Shown here one piece after another: positions 1-7,932 of a stretch of 64,000 nucleotides of DNA. A model generated the notes under the pieces. That model ran no database searches. It had not been told where the DNA came from and was given only the letters and a program-made list of their open reading frames with translations. Made by a program: the position numbers and the translations under genes. Where the stretch lies: positions 2,304,001 to 2,368,000 of the forward strand of contig CBDFJF010000001.1 of assembly GCA_965248265.1 (NCBI GenBank), given 5' to 3'. Every line of letters starts with the position of its first letter. The stretch's first letter is position 1. The DNA comes from Candidatus Latescibacterota bacterium (GTDB taxonomy: Bacteria; Latescibacterota; UBA2968; UBA8231).

Positions 1-171
1 GGCGGTTCGAAACAGCAATTCCCGGTACGAGCGCCGGTTATCCTCCGTCGCTTGCAGGCCGATACTGTCAAACCTGTTCTGGATGGTCTTACTGCCCTCG
101 TCCGCCGCCAGAATGCCCTTTCCCGGGGCAACGAGGGCCTGCGCCGTCGACGCCAGTTGTTCCTTGTCCAT
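1..171 (-). CDS. Class I fructose-bisphosphate aldolase, N-terminal part (runs off window start; not in ORF track)
   Basis: Manual translation from ATG at 171: MDKEQLASTAQALVAPGKGILAADEGSKTIQNRFDSIG...NRRSYRELLF. GKGILAADE is the class I aldolase signature. AGGAG RBS at 181-185; lies downstream of fbp. Confidence 0.92.
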   Translation of the reverse strand, partial: MDKEQLASTAQALVAPGKGILAADEGSKTIQNRFDSIGLQATEDNRRSYRELLFRTA

Positions 172-240
172 GCCTTGGGCCTCCTTGTGCCGCACCAAAA
201 TGTAGTGCGGTCTCCCCTTCAGTCCAGAGGCGGCTCAACT

Positions 241-380
241 GCCTTTCATAAGAGATTCCGCGTCAGGCGCCTCCACTAGACTTTTTCATGTAAGATACCA
301 CCGCAAGCCCTTCAGCTAGATTTCTTCATATAAGATTCGGCGTCAGGCGCTTCCTCTAGATTTTTTCATGTACGATTCCG
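241..380. repeat. Degenerate 40-bp tandem repeat (about 4 copies) derived from the fbp 3' end
   Basis: TTCAT at 245/285/325/365, GAT at 254/294/334/374, CTAGA at 276/316/356, CGTCAGGCGC at 261 and 341. Confidence 0.9.
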
Positions 381-1350
381 CCTCCTGGACATCCTCCCGA
401 CTGCCGATGACGAGGGGGACTCGCTGGTGCAGTTCAGTGGGCTGAATGTCGAGGACTCGGGAGGTGCCGGTCGATGCCAGGCCGCCGGCCTGTTCGACGA
501 TGTATGCCAGCGGGGAGGCCTCGTAAAGCAGCCGCAACTTGCCTTCTGGGGCTTTGACGTGCGCTGGATAGAGAAAGACCCCTCCCTTGAGCAGATTGCG
601 ATGAAAATCGGCAACCAGTGAACCCACGTAACGCGCCGAGTAGGGTTGACCAGAATCTGGCTGTTTCAAATGGTCGATGTAGCGCTGTACGCCAGCATCC
701 CAGCCCCAGTAATTGCCCTCATTCACCGAGTAAATACTGCCCCGCTCCGGGATGCGAATATCCTCATGTGACAGTAGAAACTCGCCGACGCTCGGATCCA
801 GCGTAAAGCCGTGCACTCCCCGGCCGGTGGTGTAGACGAGCATCGTGCTGGAACCGTATATGATGTACCCGGCAACAACCTGCTCACTCCCTTTTCTGAG
901 AAATTCACTCAGACCAGCGGCTGTGCCGTCATCATCCTTGCGCCGGTAGATTGAGAAGATGGTGCCGATGCTGACGTTGACGTCGATGTTGGAAGAGCCG
1001 TCGACTGGGTCGAACAGCAGGACGTACTTGCCACGTGGATGTTCGTTCGGTATGGGATAGATCTCCTCTAATTCCTCCGAAGCCATCCCCACCAGGTGCC
1101 CGGTGTGCTCGGCCGTACGAATGATCAACGTATTGGCGACCTCATCGAGCTTTTGCACGTCCTCACCGTGCACGTTGGTATGGCCGGTAAAGCCGAAAAC
1201 ATCAGCCAGGCCGGCTTTGTTGACCTCCCTTGAGATGATCTTTGCCACCGTCAGCAGGTGCACGACGAGCTCCGTGAACTCTCCCGTGGCATCCGGATAG
1301 CGGCGCTGCTCTTCGATCAGGAATCGGGTGAAATTGGTGCCTAAATCCAT
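343..1350 (-). CDS. fbp: Fructose-1,6-bisphosphatase class 1
   Basis: VQKLD, ASEE, FDPVDGSSNIDVNVSIGTIFSIY, RYVGSLVADFHR and GKLRLLYEA motifs. Confidence 0.97.
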   Translation of the reverse strand: MDLGTNFTRFLIEEQRRYPDATGEFTELVVHLLTVAKIISREVNKAGLADVFGFTGHTNVHGEDVQKLDEVANTLIIRTAEHTGHLVGMASEELEEIYPIPNEHPRGKYVLLFDPVDGSSNIDVNVSIGTIFSIYRRKDDDGTAAGLSEFLRKGSEQVVAGYIIYGSSTMLVYTTGRGVHGFTLDPSVGEFLLSHEDIRIPERGSIYSVNEGNYWGWDAGVQRYIDHLKQPDSGQPYSARYVGSLVADFHRNLLKGGVFLYPAHVKAPEGKLRLLYEASPLAYIVEQAGGLASTGTSRVLDIQPTELHQRVPLVIGSREDVQEAESYMKKSRGSA

Positions 1351-1373
1351 ATTGCCTCCCTGCGGCCAGACGG

Positions 1374-1411
1374 AAAAAAACCGTTGCTGGCGATGATGCA
1401 GCCAGCAACGG
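1374..1411 (-). terminator. Intrinsic terminator after the DoxX-family gene
   Basis: 11-bp stem CCGTTGCTGGC/GCCAGCAACGG, 9-nt loop, then T7 on the minus strand. Confidence 0.85.
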
Positions 1412-1421
1412 CGGGAGTCAA
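1393..1421 (-). promoter_or_regulatory. Candidate sigma70 promoter for fbp, overlapping the terminator hairpin
   Basis: Minus strand TTGACT-17 nt-CATCAT; the -10 lies in the hairpin loop. Confidence 0.5.
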
Positions 1422-1442
1422 GGTCCCGGCGTAATGTTCAGC

Positions 1443-1850
1443 TCAGCTTTCGTCCCCATCGGAACCGCCGCCTGCGCTCAGGATGGCGCAGTAACTCGAG
1501 CGGTAGACCACCAGGCCTAGGTAGAGCTCGAGGATGAGAACGAGAATCGCCAGGGGAAAACCAGCATCCGGGGACAGAAAAGCATGAAACAGGAAGATCT
1601 GCAGCACGATCGGCGCGAGAAACAGCAGCGCCAGGGGCACGAAGCGACCGGACAGCAGCAGAGCTCCGCTGACGATCTCGAAGATCTTGAGAACGGGAAA
1701 GAAATAACCCGTCGCGCCGAGCGCACCCATGAAAGCCATCGCTTCCTCCCCCATGGGTGGCGGCTGGATGAAATGGAAGAAACCGTTGAGGCCGAAAACG
1801 AAAAGGATGAGCCCGAGAATGATGCGGGCGATGAGCGCCACTTTTCCCAT
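1443..1850 (-). CDS. DoxX-family membrane protein
   Basis: Four hydrophobic segments, ARIILGLILFVFGLNGF and EIVSGALLLSGRF patterns; ATG at 1850 with AAGGAG RBS. Confidence 0.85.
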   Translation of the reverse strand: MGKVALIARIILGLILFVFGLNGFFHFIQPPPMGEEAMAFMGALGATGYFFPVLKIFEIVSGALLLSGRFVPLALLFLAPIVLQIFLFHAFLSPDAGFPLAILVLILELYLGLVVYRSSYCAILSAGGGSDGDES

Positions 1851-1977
1851 TGTGACTTCTCCTTGGGATTTAGGCACGTGCCGGTCTGACCCGTACCGAT
1901 GGGTGAAGGGTGGGATACCCGAAATATAGCGACGGACCGCCCATTTCGGGGGACTGGCCTTGCGCCCAGCTCCAGGA

Positions 1978-2051
1978 TTGACGAGGTTTTAGCCTTGGCT
2001 AATTTTTACTGCAGCCAAAGCTAATTTTCAACCTGACTAGGCACTAACTTT
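1978..2051 (+). promoter_or_regulatory. Promoter region with DtxR/MntR-like palindromic operator(s)
   Basis: TTGACG at 1978. Perfect inverted repeat TTAGCC-TT-GGCTAA at 1989-2002; degenerate copy at 2011-2024; CTAA(T/C)TTT recurs at 1999, 2021 and 2044. Confidence 0.6.
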
Positions 2052-2081
2052 TCCTGCCCAAATCCTGGAGGCGCAACTCGT

Positions 2082-3308
2082 ATGAACTGGACAATTCGCA
2101 CGAATTGGAGAAGGTCCCTTCGGTCGTTGGCGATGATTCCCTGCCTCATGCTCTTCGCTTGCGACACCCTGATGACGGAGGCTCCCACTGCTGGAGATGA
2201 CTTCGAGTCGCCATTCGATGGAATGTCTCATGACCTGAATGCGCTGTTTCTCGAGGGCGACGAGAACTTCGAGCGCGCGTTCACAATCGAAGACGGCCTC
2301 GGCCCCATTTTCAACAACGTCGGCTGCGAGGGTTGTCACCCCGGCGACGGACGGGGCACTGCCGAACTCGGGTTTTTCCGTTTCAGCGTCGGCAGTGATC
2401 TGGTAGAGGGCGAAGGCGGCCCACAACACCAGGACAAGGCCATCCCGGGCGTTCCACTGGAGACCATCCCGGCGGGCGTCGATCGCTCCTTCAGAATGCC
2501 GCCACCGGTATTCGGCGTCGGCCTGATCGAGGCCATTCCTGAGGCCACGATCCTGGCTCTCGCTGATGAGGACGACGAGGACTCCGACGGAATATCGGGT
2601 CGGCCCAACTGGGTTCAGGCGGACACCTACGTATCTGAGGCAAACATCGGCGGTGGCAGTGGGCAGGTGCTGGGCCGGTTCTCGCGCAAAGCCCAGGTTT
2701 CGTCCTTGCTGCAGCAGGTAGTCGAAGCCTATCACGGGGACATCGGCATTACCAGTGACTTCAAACCGGAGGAAAACCCGCATCCGCAGGCGGGCAGTGT
2801 CGCCACGGGTGATCAAGTACCTGACCCCGAGATTCCCGCATCGACGGTCCTGGAAACCGTCATGTACGTACGGCTGCTGCAACCTCCGGCACGAGGTGAG
2901 ATCACGGCACAGGTGCAGCAAGGTGACGGACTCTTCACTCAGATTGGCTGCGCCACTTGCCACGTTCCGACGCTGACTACGGACGTCAGTGACATTCCAG
3001 CACTCAGTCAACAGCAGGCGAACATATACTCCGACCTGCTGCTGCACGATATGGGAGATGATCTGGCAGACTACCGCCCCGATGGGGATGCCACCGGCAC
3101 GGAGTGGCGCACGGCGCCGTTGTGGGGGACGCGGCTGGTCGGCGATTTCCTCAACGGAGGGGAATTCTACCTCCACGACGGCCGCGCCCGATCTCTGCAC
3201 GATGCCATCGTCCTGCACGGAGGAGAGGCTCAGGGTTCAACGGATCGCTACAACAACCTGGACGCCTCCGAACAACAAGCCCTCGTCGCCTTCTTGAAAT
3301 CGCTGTGA
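2082..3308 (+). CDS. Di-heme oxidoreductase (DHOR) family lipoprotein
   Basis: Two heme motifs CEGCH and CATCH; GLGPIFN, YSDLLLHDMG, WRTAPLWG and YLHDGRA motifs; lipobox LFAC. Confidence 0.9.
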   Translation: MNWTIRTNWRRSLRSLAMIPCLMLFACDTLMTEAPTAGDDFESPFDGMSHDLNALFLEGDENFERAFTIEDGLGPIFNNVGCEGCHPGDGRGTAELGFFRFSVGSDLVEGEGGPQHQDKAIPGVPLETIPAGVDRSFRMPPPVFGVGLIEAIPEATILALADEDDEDSDGISGRPNWVQADTYVSEANIGGGSGQVLGRFSRKAQVSSLLQQVVEAYHGDIGITSDFKPEENPHPQAGSVATGDQVPDPEIPASTVLETVMYVRLLQPPARGEITAQVQQGDGLFTQIGCATCHVPTLTTDVSDIPALSQQQANIYSDLLLHDMGDDLADYRPDGDATGTEWRTAPLWGTRLVGDFLNGGEFYLHDGRARSLHDAIVLHGGEAQGSTDRYNNLDASEQQALVAFLKSL

Positions 3309-3328
3309 TCGGGAGAATGGAGCAAGTG

Positions 3329-4498
3329 ATGATGAACAGATCTATACTGATGGTATTGCTGGCCTTTTTGATTACCCCCGTGATCGCGTTTGCCGAAGGA
3401 AACGACGATGCGGATGATGCTGGTCGTCCGTTCGTCGCAGGTGGCATCACCGACAAACCGTTCATAACCGGTATCGCCCGCACCAGTATCGGCGGCTACA
3501 CGGAGGCGCATTGGCGTTGGGAACGCGGAGATGGCCTCACGGAAGAGCTGGGCTTCGAGATGAAGCGTTTCAACCTGTTCGCCTATTCCCCGGTTTCCGA
3601 CCGGGTCAAGGTGGCGGCCGAGCTCGAGTTTGAGGAGGGCGGCGAGGAAATCAAGATCGAGGTCGCCCAGGTGGATTTCGAGATCCATCCCTCGTTGAAT
3701 TTTCGCGGCGGCATCATCCTGGCGCCGCTGGGCCGCTTCAATCTGGCCCATGACAGTCCAGCCAATGATCTCACGGACCGGCCTCTGGTGAGCACCCAGA
3801 TCGTGCCGACGGCACTCTCTGAAGCCGGTATGGGCTTCTACGGCGCATTCTACCCTTCGCCGGACATGCGCATCACGTACGAGGCCTACGGCGTGAACGG
3901 TTTCGGTGACGGCGTTATCGGTGACCCTGATGGGACCCGAATCGCTGCGGGCAAGGGCAACCTGGAGGACAACAACAACAGGCCTTCCTTCGTCGGCCGC
4001 GTTACCGTATCACCGAACACAGCCTGGGAGGTCGGCGCATCCGTTCACACCGGACCCTACAACACCTGGCAGATCGAGGAGCTGGAAATTGACGAGCGCC
4101 GTAGCTTGACGTTGTTCGTCCTCGATGCCGACGTGGCCTGGCGCCGTTTCGAACTGCAAGGCGAATACGCCCGAGCGTCCATCGACGTACCGACGCAGAG
4201 CGCCATATTCGCCGAAAGCCAGTCGGGCTACTACCTGCAGCTCAACTCGCACTTCGGTCACGGTTGGTTTGCTGAAATGCCGGGTTCTCAGTTCACTGGA
4301 ATAGTGCGCTACGGCCTGGTGGATTTCGACACCGACACGGACGGGGACAGCCACCGGCGGCTGACACTGGGGGTCAACTTCCGGCCGCTCGAGGATTCGG
4401 TGTTCAAACTGGACTATCAGCGCAACTGGACCCGGGATGCATTCGAAAACCAGGGCAAGGGCGCCGCATTGATCTTCAGCGTGGCGACCTATTTCTAG
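3329..4498 (+). CDS. Outer-membrane beta-barrel / porin-like protein
   Basis: Signal peptide, alternating beta-strand pattern, C-terminal ATYF. The ORF-track start at 3104 overlaps DHOR and is too early. Confidence 0.8.
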   Translation: MMNRSILMVLLAFLITPVIAFAEGNDDADDAGRPFVAGGITDKPFITGIARTSIGGYTEAHWRWERGDGLTEELGFEMKRFNLFAYSPVSDRVKVAAELEFEEGGEEIKIEVAQVDFEIHPSLNFRGGIILAPLGRFNLAHDSPANDLTDRPLVSTQIVPTALSEAGMGFYGAFYPSPDMRITYEAYGVNGFGDGVIGDPDGTRIAAGKGNLEDNNNRPSFVGRVTVSPNTAWEVGASVHTGPYNTWQIEELEIDERRSLTLFVLDADVAWRRFELQGEYARASIDVPTQSAIFAESQSGYYLQLNSHFGHGWFAEMPGSQFTGIVRYGLVDFDTDTDGDSHRRLTLGVNFRPLEDSVFKLDYQRNWTRDAFENQGKGAALIFSVATYF

Positions 4499-4507
4499 CC
4501 GGAGCTT

Positions 4508-4567
4508 CGGAGCGGTTGTCGGAACGGTTTCCAGAGCGGTTGTCGGAGCGGTTGTCGGAGCGGTTGC
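4508..4567. repeat. 5 x 12-bp tandem repeat (CGGAGCGGTTGT) just after the porin stop
   Basis: Units start at 4508, 4520, 4532, 4544 and 4556. Confidence 0.9.
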
Positions 4568-4685
4568 CTACTCGAGTAGAAGACCCTATTTTTGCTCGTT
4601 TGGCTTTACTGCGGCCGCTTTAGAGGAGGCGTCCGTTACAAACCCTCCGACCTGGTGGGTATTCGTTGTGTAAAAGGAGCTCCAG

Positions 4686-5024
4686 ATGGTGAATTTCAGC
4701 GTCGAGGTGTACGACGACGAGCATTTCGAAAGGGCCCTGCGCCGGTTTTCCGTCAAGACCAAGAAAACCGGACTGATGCGGGATCTCAAACGCAAACGCT
4801 TCTACACCAAGCCTTCTGTGCAGAAGAAGATTGATCGCCAGAAGAGCATCAGGCGTCAGAAGAAGGCCGAGCGGCTCGCCGAACTGGCTGCCGGAGGCAA
4901 GGACCTGCGCAAAGGCAGAGGCAGAGGCGCCAAAGGCCGTGACGATCAGAGATCGGGACCACCCAGATTTGGTTCGGGTGGCGGCTTTGGTGGCGGTGGC
5001 GGCTTTGGCAGCGACTCCAGGTAA
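4686..5024 (+). CDS. rpsU: 30S ribosomal protein bS21 with a long RG/FG-rich C-terminal extension
   Basis: FERALRRF...KRFYTKPSV bS21 core; AAAAGGAG RBS; extra ~45-aa tail. Confidence 0.9.
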   Translation: MVNFSVEVYDDEHFERALRRFSVKTKKTGLMRDLKRKRFYTKPSVQKKIDRQKSIRRQKKAERLAELAAGGKDLRKGRGRGAKGRDDQRSGPPRFGSGGGFGGGGGFGSDSR

Positions 5025-5025
5025 A

Positions 5026-6138
5026 TTATCGGGCCTGCGCCATCTCCTCGAGTTCGTTTCCGAGGAATTCCCTGCGCCAGCCCTGTAGCAGTTTTCCGTC
5101 GACTGATGCGCCGGAACCCCTCCCCCGCATCAGCTGACGTACCTCCGACCGCGTCGCCACGAGCTCGTGGTCGATCCCACGCTCCGCACTGCGCTCTTCC
5201 AAAACTTTTATCGCTTCCGCGGAACGTTTTTCAGCGCGTTCGTCGTACCGCGACCTCGGCATCGATTGTGGGCAATCCTCATCGCTCACTTCGAGGCCGG
5301 CACTGACCGCAGACAACAGACCTGCTCCGTAGCGCTCAACCCTGTTCTCTCTGAACCCCTTGACTTTCCTGAGGTCGTCGGCGGTCCTGGGTTTCAGCGA
5401 CGACAACATCAGCAGCGTCTTGTCGGCAAGGACGCGACTGCGTGGACGGTCTTGTTCCCTGGCCACCAGATCGCGCCACGCAGCGAGTTCGCGCAACACC
5501 GCCAGTCCTCGCCTGTTGAGCTTTCCCGAACCCTTGATGCGATCATACTGGCATCGAGGGTCACGCTCTTCGTAGAGTTCGGCATCATCCAATGACGCCA
5601 ATTCCTCTTCCAACCAGAGCTCCAGTCCGCGAGCACGCGCTCTTTCGAGCAAACGTTCGCGCAATTCGATCAGAAAGCACACGTCTCCTTTGGCGTATTC
5701 TATCTGCATCGTTGACAGCGGCCGTTGCAGCCAGTCCGTGCGGGTCTCCGTTTTCTCCAACTCCACGGAGAGCACTTCCTGCAGCAGGCCCCTCAACGAG
5801 ATTCGACAACTGAGGCCGGCGAAACCCGCGGCCACGCGCGTGTCAAAAACTGATTTGGTAGAAGCCCCGGTAGCTCGCCGCAAAACTGTCAGATCCTGTA
5901 CGGCGTCGTGAAGTATCTTGACGTGCGGCCCGCCCAGGAATGAGCCCAACGCCGACAACCCGTCGCCGATGGCTGGAACGTCTATGAGGATGCAGTCATC
6001 CGGAGGAAGTGCGACCTGGATGATGCCGAGTTTGGGATAGAAGGTCCGCTCCCAAACCATTTCGGTGTCGATGCCGGCGATGCCGGCCTCGCTGAGGTCG
6101 GATAGGAGAGCCTCCAGGTCGCCGAGATTGTCGATCAT
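5026..6138 (-). CDS. rnd: Ribonuclease D
   Basis: GIDTE...ERTFYPKLGIIQ, FDTRVAA, TDWLQRPL and an HRDC region. Start placed at ATG 6138 to avoid overlapping the ferredoxin gene. Confidence 0.9.
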   Translation of the reverse strand: MIDNLGDLEALLSDLSEAGIAGIDTEMVWERTFYPKLGIIQVALPPDDCILIDVPAIGDGLSALGSFLGGPHVKILHDAVQDLTVLRRATGASTKSVFDTRVAAGFAGLSCRISLRGLLQEVLSVELEKTETRTDWLQRPLSTMQIEYAKGDVCFLIELRERLLERARARGLELWLEEELASLDDAELYEERDPRCQYDRIKGSGKLNRRGLAVLRELAAWRDLVAREQDRPRSRVLADKTLLMLSSLKPRTADDLRKVKGFRENRVERYGAGLLSAVSAGLEVSDEDCPQSMPRSRYDERAEKRSAEAIKVLEERSAERGIDHELVATRSEVRQLMRGRGSGASVDGKLLQGWRREFLGNELEEMAQAR

Positions 6139-6172
6139 GCGCCCGGAATCCGGGAATGACGTAGGCTCAACG

Positions 6173-6523
6173 TCATTCGGCGTCGAGCGTTTGGAACGGC
6201 GCAGGGTGAACGAACTCGTCGACGACCTTTCCGCCAATCAGGTGCTCCTGAATGATCCGTTCCAGCTTTTCAGGCGTAACCGAACGATACCAAACCCCTT
6301 CCGGGTAGACGACGGCAGTGGGACCGCTGTCGCACACCCGCAGGCAATCCGCCTTGGTGCGGTGGATTCCGCCGCGTGGATCCCCGTGCCCGAGTTCGCG
6401 CAACCTTTTCTTCAGAAAGTCCCAGCATCGAGCGCCGGTGTCATCGCTGTGACACTTCGGCTTGGTCGGAGTGGCGCACAAGAATATGTGACGCTCGACC
6501 CCCGTGCTTGTGTTGTCAGTCAT
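6173..6523 (-). CDS. Thioredoxin-like (2Fe-2S) ferredoxin
   Basis: HIFLC...KC, CLRVC and [13 protein letters not shown] motifs. Confidence 0.9.
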   Translation of the reverse strand: MTDNTSTGVERHIFLCATPTKPKCHSDDTGARCWDFLKKRLRELGHGDPRGGIHRTKADCLRVCDSGPTAVVYPEGVWYRSVTPEKLERIIQEHLIGGKVVDEFVHPAPFQTLDAE

Positions 6524-7932
6524 CAGTCTGTGCCATCCTCTCCTTCAGGCGCCGCTCCGTTGCCCGCTCCATTACCATGTGGCGGCAACCACTGACCGTC
6601 CAGGGGACGATGGGTGTAGGGTCTGCGGCTCGCACCTTCGTAGTCATCGACGATCTGGCCGTCTCCCTGGAGGAGGTACTTGTAGGTCGTCAATCCCTCC
6701 AGACCAACGGGACCGCGACCGTGCAGTCGCCCCGTGCTGATCCCGACTTCGGCGCCCAAACCGAAACGAAAACCGTCCGCGAATCGAGTGGAGGCGTTGT
6801 GGAACACGGAAGCCGAGTCCACGGTGCGCAGGAAAGCGGCGGCCGTATCCGCGTTCTCGGTGACGATAGAATCCGTGTGGTGGCTGCCGTAGCGATTGAT
6901 GTGCTCGATGGCCTCGTCAAGGCTGTCGACGATCTTGATCGAAAGCACGTAGTCGAGGTACTCGGTGCTCCAGTCCTCGTCTGTCGCCGGAACGACCGTG
7001 CCCATAGTGGCCGTTGCCGCCCTCGTACGCTCGTCGCCACGCAGGACAACCTTGTGGCCCTCCAATTGCGCGATGGCCTGGGCGAAGAAGCGCTCCGCCA
7101 CCTGGGCGTGCACGAGCAGCGTCTCGGCCGCGCAGCAGGTTGTCACTCCCTGAATCTTGGAATCCACGGCCACGCGAACGGCTTTGGTCAGGTCGGCGTC
7201 GGCATCCACGTAAACGTGGCACAGGCCGTCGGCATGTCCCATGACCGGGATCTTGGTGTTGTCCATGATGTAGCGGACGAATTCGTTCGACCCGCGCGGG
7301 ATGATCAGATCGATCGATTCCTCTTCTGCCAGCATGGCACGGACATCCTCTCGGGTCTCCAGTAGGGTGATCCAACCCTCCGGGATGCCGCCGCCAGCCG
7401 CCGCATCGGCGATGATCTGGGCGAGAGCCTGATTGGTGGCCGCGGCTTCCCTACCGCCCTTGAGCAGCACCGCGTTGCCGGATTTGAGACAGAGTGAGGC
7501 AATCTGAACCAGGGCATCCGGACGCGACTCGAAGATGACCCCCAGAACACCGATCGGCACCGAAACCCGGTAGAGTTCCAGCCCGGCGTCGAGTTCGGTA
7601 GCGCTCTGGGTGCGACCCAGAGGGTCCAGTTGCGCCCGCACGCTGCGTACCATCTCCACGGTGGCTTCGAACTTGGCGCCGCCCAGATTGAGCCGCTCCA
7701 AGAGCGGCTGGGTCAATTCTCCCTGAGCGACCAGGTCCCGGCCATGTTCGAGATCGCCGGCATTGGCCTGCAGGATCTGATCCCTGCGGGCCTCGAGCGC
7801 GCTGGCGATTCGATCCAGAGCGGCATTTCGATCGGCCGCGGAACTCGTCGCCAGCAGCCGGGCCGCCTCACGGCCCGATCGCGCACGGGTACCGACATCG
7901 TCGCTCAATACACTGACTGCCGTCATCGTCAT
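6523..7932 (-). CDS. proA: Gamma-glutamyl phosphate reductase
   Basis: [30 protein letters not shown] and [22 protein letters not shown] motifs. Confidence 0.96.
   Translation of the reverse strand: MTMTAVSVLSDDVGTRARSGREAARLLATSSAADRNAALDRIASALEARRDQILQANAGDLEHGRDLVAQGELTQPLLERLNLGGAKFEATVEMVRSVRAQLDPLGRTQSATELDAGLELYRVSVPIGVLGVIFESRPDALVQIASLCLKSGNAVLLKGGREAAATNQALAQIIADAAAGGGIPEGWITLLETREDVRAMLAEEESIDLIIPRGSNEFVRYIMDNTKIPVMGHADGLCHVYVDADADLTKAVRVAVDSKIQGVTTCCAAETLLVHAQVAERFFAQAIAQLEGHKVVLRGDERTRAATATMGTVVPATDEDWSTEYLDYVLSIKIVDSLDEAIEHINRYGSHHTDSIVTENADTAAAFLRTVDSASVFHNASTRFADGFRFGLGAEVGISTGRLHGRGPVGLEGLTTYKYLLQGDGQIVDDYEGASRRPYTHRPLDGQWLPPHGNGAGNGAAPEGEDGTD

Noticed and set aside
241-380. 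40-bp periodic repeats as a CRISPR array
   Set aside because: The units are degenerate copies of the fbp 3' end with no unique spacers, and there are no cas genes in the window.
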